Positions 33,235-38,360 of a stretch of DNA of 38,360 bases are shown here, piece after piece. A program made the translations under genes and the position numbers. The notes under the pieces were generated by a model, which worked only from the letters and a program-made list of their open reading frames with translations, had not been told where the DNA came from and ran no database searches. The first letter of the stretch is position 1, and each line of letters begins with the position of its first letter. The stretch comes from Bdellovibrionales bacterium (lineage in GTDB: Bacteria; Bdellovibrionota; Bdellovibrionia; Bdellovibrionales; JAMPXM01), in NCBI GenBank assembly GCA_031416685.1, contig JANOUF010000444.1, forward strand, positions 1-38,360, in the 5' to 3' direction.

Positions 33235-34497
33235 ATGAAAGCGCATACCCGTCTTTTGATCGGTTTGGTTCTTGGCGTCATTCTTGGGACGATCCTGCAC
33301 CAATGGAATGACAACTCAGTTTTGCAATTCATTTCAAACTCGGTATTCCAGCCGATCGGGCAGATTTTTCTTCGGTTAATCTTCATGGTCGTCGTGCCGC
33401 TCGTGTTTTCGGCACTCGTTCTCGGGGTGTTGGAGCTGAGTAAGGGCCACTCGCTTGGCCGGATTGCGCTAAAGACATTGCTCTTCACCGCACTTTGTAG
33501 CGCTTTGTCGGTTGTTATCGGCGTAACACTTGTGAACATCTTCCGACCAGGGAGTGGCTTCACAATAACTTCGGGAACGGTGCAGCGAGCAGAAGGTGTC
33601 GCGGTTGTTCAAAACCAAGCTGCTGACGCAAAACCGTTTACACAAGTCATCGTCGACTTATTTCCGAAGAATCCGCTCGACTCGGCGGTTCGCGCTCTAG
33701 AAGGCGAAATGATTTCGCTAATGATGTTCGCTTTAATTTTTGGCGTAGCACTTAGCATCGTCGTTCGCCGCGGAAAAGGCGATGAGAGTACGCTGCCACA
33801 GTTTTTTGATCAGCTCATGCAAACTTGTATGGAGATCATTCACTTTGCGATGAGATTAGCGCCAGTCGCCGTTTTCGCGATCGTATTCAACACGGCTTTC
33901 AAGCTCGGCATCACGGTTTTTCAAAGCCTTGCGTACTACGTAATAATCGTAGTCGTCGGTCTTTTGATTCAGCAGTTTGTCGTCTACTCAGTGTTGCTCA
34001 AGACATTCACAAACTGGAAACCACTTGAGTTCTACAAACGTTGTCGCGAAGTTTACCTTTACGCATTCTCGACGGCTTCGTCGAACGCCACTCTTCCGCG
34101 CTCGCTTGAAACAGCTGAAACTGTACTCAAATTACCGCCAAGAATTTCTCGCTTTGTATTAACGATTGGTTCCACCGCAAACCAAAACGGAACTGCGTTG
34201 TTCGAAGGAATTACGGTTTTATTCTTAGCGCAAGTCTACAGTATCGATCTGACTCTCGCGCAACAGGTGCAAGTCGTAATGATGTCGATCCTTGCTGGTA
34301 TTGGTACCGCGGGTGTGCCGGGTGGTTCATTGCCACTCATCATGATTTTGTTAAATCAGCTTGGCATTCCTGCTGAGGGTATCGGTCTAATCTTAGGCGT
34401 CGATCGCTTCTTGGATATGTGCCGAACAACTCTCAATGTCAGCGGCGACTTAGTTATCGCAGCTTTGGTTACGGGAAAAGATGCGAAGGCGTCGTGA
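33235..34497 (+). CDS. Dicarboxylate/amino acid:cation symporter (DAACS, GltP/DctA-like)
   Basis: ATG 33235 has GGAGG 5 nt upstream. The N-terminus is MKAHTRLLIGLVLGVILG. Signature motifs: ASSNATLP and AGVPGGSLPL. The track's N-terminal extension from 33073 overlaps the divergent gene. Confidence 0.9.
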   Translation: MKAHTRLLIGLVLGVILGTILHQWNDNSVLQFISNSVFQPIGQIFLRLIFMVVVPLVFSALVLGVLELSKGHSLGRIALKTLLFTALCSALSVVIGVTLVNIFRPGSGFTITSGTVQRAEGVAVVQNQAADAKPFTQVIVDLFPKNPLDSAVRALEGEMISLMMFALIFGVALSIVVRRGKGDESTLPQFFDQLMQTCMEIIHFAMRLAPVAVFAIVFNTAFKLGITVFQSLAYYVIIVVVGLLIQQFVVYSVLLKTFTNWKPLEFYKRCREVYLYAFSTASSNATLPRSLETAETVLKLPPRISRFVLTIGSTANQNGTALFEGITVLFLAQVYSIDLTLAQQVQVVMMSILAGIGTAGVPGGSLPLIMILLNQLGIPAEGIGLILGVDRFLDMCRTTLNVSGDLVIAALVTGKDAKAS

Positions 34498-34512
34498 AGT
34501 TAAATCTCTGCG

Positions 34513-34536
34513 CTTTCATGCGTGCGCGCATGAAAG
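34513..34536 (+). terminator. Hairpin after the symporter gene
   Basis: ctttcatgcg / tgcg / cgcatgaaag is a perfect 10 bp stem. There is no T-tract. Confidence 0.4.
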
Positions 34537-34656
34537 TCTGAAGATGCGCAGCTTCGTGCGTGTTGATCGCAACAACGTTAACGGTCATTGCTTTTCGCTG
34601 GCACAGAAATAGCACTGCCAGGAGAGATCCTTTTATCCTTATTATGGAGTGCCTGC

Positions 34657-35532
34657 GTGACGCAGTCTTTACTATTTACATTGTTGTCAATTTGTCTGAC
34701 TTCATTCTTTGCCTCTCACGCAAGTGCCATGGAAATTACGGGCAAACAAACCACCAAGACCCAATATTCACTTCACATGATTGGTCCTATCGTTCCAGGA
34801 GATACTGAAAGACTTAAAAGTCTAGTTCCTGAAATGGCCGATCTAAATGTCTCAGTTGTACTCGAATCACCAGGCGGCTTGATGGTGGAAGGACAAGATC
34901 TTATCAACGTTATTGTGGAGATAGAGCGCACAAAATTGAGGGAGAAAAAGTTGATGGTAGCTTATGTCAACGAAAGTTGTGCCTCTATGTGTATCCCCGT
35001 TTTTTTCTCTTTCATGAATAGATTTGCTAATCCAACTGCCCAGTTCGGGTTCCATGGTCCCTCGTCAAACGGTGGCATCAGCACAACTCCACTTCTTGAA
35101 TACATCTACTGCACAGTGTTTGATACGATTGTTCGGATTTCACCGCCAAAACCGATCGCGTTTTTGCACTTTTGCGCAAAGGCGATTAACAACGAATTGG
35201 CGGCAACTAGTCTTAGTTACTACACAGGCCAAGAGGCGACTAAAATCGGGCTACTTCCGATTGATCACGCAGTCACGCTGCCCGAAATTAAAAAATTGTT
35301 TTCGGAAAAGGGATCACTCGAAGTTCTACCTGAGTTGACTTCATTTCTGGATGGAAACTGCAAAGGCCAATCTGTCGCGAAAGGTTCAGAAATTCGTGTT
35401 TTTAGCCGTGGACCTAAAAGGTATTACGCCGAAGTACGTTTGGTGCATCCTTCGTCTCTTAGAATGTCCTCTGCACCTCCATTTTGTAAAGGTACCGTCT
35501 TCATCGCGAGCGATAGCTTCTGGAAAAAGTAA
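34657..35532 (+). CDS. Exported ClpP/S49 (crotonase-fold) serine peptidase-like protein
   Basis: VVLESPGGLMVEGQDLINVI, then ESCASMCIPVF and FGFHGP, resemble the SPGG, Ser and His regions of ClpP/SppA-type peptidases. GTG 34657 has GGAG 7 nt upstream and gives the signal peptide MTQSLLFTLLSICLTSFFASHASA. The track start is TTG 34588. Confidence 0.5.
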   Translation: MTQSLLFTLLSICLTSFFASHASAMEITGKQTTKTQYSLHMIGPIVPGDTERLKSLVPEMADLNVSVVLESPGGLMVEGQDLINVIVEIERTKLREKKLMVAYVNESCASMCIPVFFSFMNRFANPTAQFGFHGPSSNGGISTTPLLEYIYCTVFDTIVRISPPKPIAFLHFCAKAINNELAATSLSYYTGQEATKIGLLPIDHAVTLPEIKKLFSEKGSLEVLPELTSFLDGNCKGQSVAKGSEIRVFSRGPKRYYAEVRLVHPSSLRMSSAPPFCKGTVFIASDSFWKK

Positions 35533-35726
35533 ATTGCTCTGCATCAATGTGTGAGCCAGTGACCTGTTGCTCACAAGACACTGAGCCTTAAACAAAGACT
35601 GCTCGCAAATATTCGCTCCGTCCAACGAAAAAAGATCCGTTTCCCAGCGGACTTTATGTTCCAACTTACCGAAACCGAAGTGGGAAATCATGCGCGCTTG
35701 AGCCGATTTCGGTTCCTTAGGCGAGA

Positions 35727-36884
35727 TCAACTTAGCGAAAACAACGACACGATTTCAAAGTGGGGGCTTTGAGGAAACTGATCCACAATGCTCACGTGTT
35801 TTGGTTTGTAACCGAGGTCAACTAAAGCGCTAGCGTCCTTTGCAAAGCTCTCTGCAAAGCATGAAACATAAGCGAAGTGCTTCGGCCTCTGATTTAAGTC
35901 GATGGAAGCTAAAGATTGAATAAATCCCATCACTCCCGAGCGTGGTGGATCGACGAGAATTAAATCCGTACCAATAAATTCGGGTGTGTTCTTATCGAGC
36001 TGAAAATTTCCCACGTGGATTGAGATTTTCTCTGTTAGTCCTGCGCGTTCAGCGCCCATCTTCAAACCTTCAGCTGCGAGTTCATCTAATTCGTACGCGT
36101 CGACTTTCTCGCGAGCCAACTGTGCAAGTGGGAACGTGAGATTGCCGCTTCCCGAACCAAATTCAGCAGCTCGAGAAAACGAAATATCTTTTAACATCGA
36201 GCGAAGCGCGCGGACTAGAACTCGGTTTGCTTGAAAGCCCGGTTGGGTGAAACCACCAACGGTGGTGAAAACTTCGACGGGCGTTTCCTCCTCACCTAAA
36301 TACGTTTCAAACCACGGTTGAAGTTGAGGATCTCCGAGTTTCAAAACTCCATCGCGATCAATGAGCGCTTTTCTTTTTTGTCCAATTTCAACGAAGGCAA
36401 GTTTACGAAGGTTTTCAAGTTGCGTTCGCTCTTCCAAGAGGCGTTTCACATCTAGGTTTGCAAAATCCAGCCACACACCACGAGCACCGCTCGGTGAAAC
36501 TCTCAGCCGAATTGTTCCGCGATTAACATCGGGTAAGAAATTTCGAATTTCTGAGAAGAACTTTGTGAGCGCCGGCGAGAGTTGAACACACACTTCGAGA
36601 TCTAAAACGTCTTGCTGTGATGTCGAGAATAGGCCGAAGAGGGTTGCGCCCGATCGATTATCGACAACAAACTCCGCGCGATCGCGAAGTCCACCGCTCG
36701 CAACCGGCAGCCACTCTGGCTTCGGCATATTCTCGCTCGGCAGATACGTTTTCCACGCGTTTTCGAGCACCTCAATTTTGAGTTTTATCTGCTCTGAGTA
36801 GGGCTTCTCTATATATATGCAGCCCGAGCAAATGCCCGCATAACGGCAGTGTAAGGCTGACAAATTGAGTGACAATTCCCGCAT
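35727..36884 (-). CDS. 23S rRNA (uracil-5)-methyltransferase, RlmC/RumB-like (no TRAM domain)
   Basis: 385 aa ORF. N-terminal Fe-S cluster motif C-x5-C-x2-C (HCRYAGICSGC), SAM-binding region, VDPPRSG, and catalytic Cys context YVSCFAESFAKD. Confidence 0.85.
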   Translation of the reverse strand: MRELSLNLSALHCRYAGICSGCIYIEKPYSEQIKLKIEVLENAWKTYLPSENMPKPEWLPVASGGLRDRAEFVVDNRSGATLFGLFSTSQQDVLDLEVCVQLSPALTKFFSEIRNFLPDVNRGTIRLRVSPSGARGVWLDFANLDVKRLLEERTQLENLRKLAFVEIGQKRKALIDRDGVLKLGDPQLQPWFETYLGEEETPVEVFTTVGGFTQPGFQANRVLVRALRSMLKDISFSRAAEFGSGSGNLTFPLAQLAREKVDAYELDELAAEGLKMGAERAGLTEKISIHVGNFQLDKNTPEFIGTDLILVDPPRSGVMGFIQSLASIDLNQRPKHFAYVSCFAESFAKDASALVDLGYKPKHVSIVDQFPQSPHFEIVSLFSLS

Positions 36885-37037
36885 AGCTGGAATCGGTTAT
36901 AAGCCACAAAGAGCCGCAAAGTCTGGGGTATTTAAAAAAGTTGCAACGCATCAAGAATCGTCACAGTTCCTTGTAAGACTTTGTTATTTTATTCCGCACG
37001 CACGTTTCAACCTTTCTCTTAAGGAGGGTGGAGTTTA

Positions 37038-38264
37038 ATGGCCAAGATCCACATCATGACATTCGCAGTTTTAATGCTCATCGCAGGTTCCGCAAAGGCC
37101 CTCGATTCCGCGTCGCTTTTACCTGATGGGATTCGCAGTCCAATGTTCCGTTATGGAATCGTGAGTGGCGTTGACGAGAAGTTCACTTCTGATGGCACGC
37201 TGATGACACTTACTGATTACAACGCCCAGGAGTTCGACGCCGAAGAACTGCAGGCGCAAGATCCTCGGGCCGCGCAGCTTGTGACGCTTCTAAACTCGTT
37301 CCAAAACGGTCTCGGTGATTCGCTCAATCTCGGTGTTTTGAAAATCGAGAGTAAACCCGAGATCAGATATTTCGCGCCGGTACTTGCTTACGGTCTGACA
37401 AATAAAATCACAGTCGCGGCGGCTTTCCCCATTTTCAATTACACCAATCACATTCAACTTACAGAATCAGGTTCAAACGCTGCTCAAATTCAAGCTGTGG
37501 TGAACGGCGCGATTCCTGAAGTTGACTCGGCAATGGTTGATCTTCGCGCGGGTGTTGCTGCGAAGGTAAGTCAGTCGCTCGAGCAAAAAGGCTACAAGCC
37601 ACTTCAAAACCGTGACGAGCAAATCGCGGGCGATGTTCAGCTTGTCGCTCTCTACAACTTCAAGAATTCAAAAGATTGGGTTGTGACTTCTAAGACCACG
37701 TTCAACGTTCCCTCGGGGCCAAAGGACGATCCGGATGATTTGACCGACTTAAATATGTTTGGCGAGACCGCGATTGAACCGTCTCTCGTTGTGAATCACA
37801 ATTACGATCGAAATCTTCAGTTCGCAGCGAAAGCTCAGTACCGTTATACGATTCCCGATCAGGCCGTCATGCGTGTTCCGATTGACGAAAACGACGGTCT
37901 CCCGGCAGCAAACCGTAAAGAAAACTTGTGGCGTGATCTTGGTAACACAATCACTGTGGGCGGGTCGTTCTTCTACAAAATGTTAATTCCTGGTTTCCGT
38001 GCGGGACTTGGTCTCGAACACATCCAGCGCTCGCAAGATACATTCTCGGGCGGTCGCGGTTGGCGCTATGATTTGCTTTCTAAAAATACCGAAAGCCAAG
38101 CTCAGCGTTATCGCGCGGGTCTCGAGTACAGTTCGACCGAAAGTTACTTAAAAGGTAAGGCACTTTTGCCATTGATGGTGAATTACGATTTCAGCGAGAC
38201 CTTTGCAGGACGCAACACTGAACACCGAATGTTACACGAATTTTCTTTGACACTGTTTTTCTAA
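37038..38264 (+). CDS. Outer-membrane beta-barrel protein (family unknown)
   Basis: 408 aa ORF with AAGGAGGG upstream. Signal peptide MAKIHIMTFAVLMLIAGSAKA. Amphipathic strand pattern, with C-terminal ...FSLTLFF. Confidence 0.7.
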   Translation: MAKIHIMTFAVLMLIAGSAKALDSASLLPDGIRSPMFRYGIVSGVDEKFTSDGTLMTLTDYNAQEFDAEELQAQDPRAAQLVTLLNSFQNGLGDSLNLGVLKIESKPEIRYFAPVLAYGLTNKITVAAAFPIFNYTNHIQLTESGSNAAQIQAVVNGAIPEVDSAMVDLRAGVAAKVSQSLEQKGYKPLQNRDEQIAGDVQLVALYNFKNSKDWVVTSKTTFNVPSGPKDDPDDLTDLNMFGETAIEPSLVVNHNYDRNLQFAAKAQYRYTIPDQAVMRVPIDENDGLPAANRKENLWRDLGNTITVGGSFFYKMLIPGFRAGLGLEHIQRSQDTFSGGRGWRYDLLSKNTESQAQRYRAGLEYSSTESYLKGKALLPLMVNYDFSETFAGRNTEHRMLHEFSLTLFF

Positions 38265-38275
38265 GCGGAGCTACG

Positions 38276-38360
38276 ATGAAGAAGGTACTGATACTCATCG
38301 CAATTACAAATCTTATGGCTTGCTCACCGAAAGTGGTGAAGCGGGAATACGCTGTTCCGC
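38276..38360 (+). CDS. Lipoprotein, N-terminal fragment (continues beyond the window)
   Basis: ATG 38276 lies 11 nt after the outer-membrane protein stop, with GCGGAG upstream. MKKVLILIAITNLMACSPKVVKREYAVP has the lipobox LMAC. Confidence 0.55.
   Translation, partial: MKKVLILIAITNLMACSPKVVKREYAVP

Noticed and set aside
35386-35730. 114 aa minus-strand ORF downstream of the rRNA methyltransferase gene
   Set aside because: It has a TTG start with no ribosome-binding site. It overlaps the 3' end of the convergent gene 34657..35532 by about 150 nt and has no recognisable motif. The 194 nt convergent spacer (35533..35726) contains only weak hairpins.
1-38360. tRNA, rRNA, tmRNA, RNase P, CRISPR, prophage, transposon, or known defence or toxin-antitoxin modules
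   Set aside because: No intergenic region is long enough, apart from 20023..20337. I saw no T-loop or anticodon-arm signatures, no repeat-spacer structure, and no integrase, transposase or phage structural genes.

Overview
This is a densely coding chromosomal segment with moderate GC. I call about 38 protein genes on both strands. The largest non-coding gap is 315 nt (20023..20337). I found no rRNA, tRNA, CRISPR array, transposase, integrase or phage genes, and no recognisable defence or toxin-antitoxin system.

Recognisable housekeeping genes are ftsH, yfbR, msrA, ampG, an SDR, a truncated aromatic amino acid hydroxylase, a LOG-family protein, a DAACS symporter, an RlmC-like rRNA methyltransferase, a GT4 glycosyltransferase and a hybrid PAS histidine kinase. 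They are interleaved with many exported proteins: a trypsin-like S1 protease, a subtilase, an HExxH protein, a ClpP/S49-like protein, two beta-barrel outer-membrane proteins and several orphans. This protease-rich, tightly packed layout resembles Bdellovibrio-like predatory bacteria, but that is inference only.

Candidates for novelty, in order:
1. An exported, cysteine-free protein of about 900 residues (5094..7844). It appears to be built from two degenerate uracil-DNA-glycosylase-fold modules. A single in-frame TAG interrupts the second module. The gene sits directly upstream of the dNMP nucleotidase yfbR.
2. A translationally coupled tandem pair of paralogous methyltransferase-like genes with a degenerate SAM motif (18548..20022).
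3. A lysine-rich H1-like small protein next to an S26 peptidase-like protein that lacks the catalytic Ser.
4. Several exported orphans (27052..28815 and 12317..13827).

All family assignments were made by eye from motifs. None has been confirmed by a database search.
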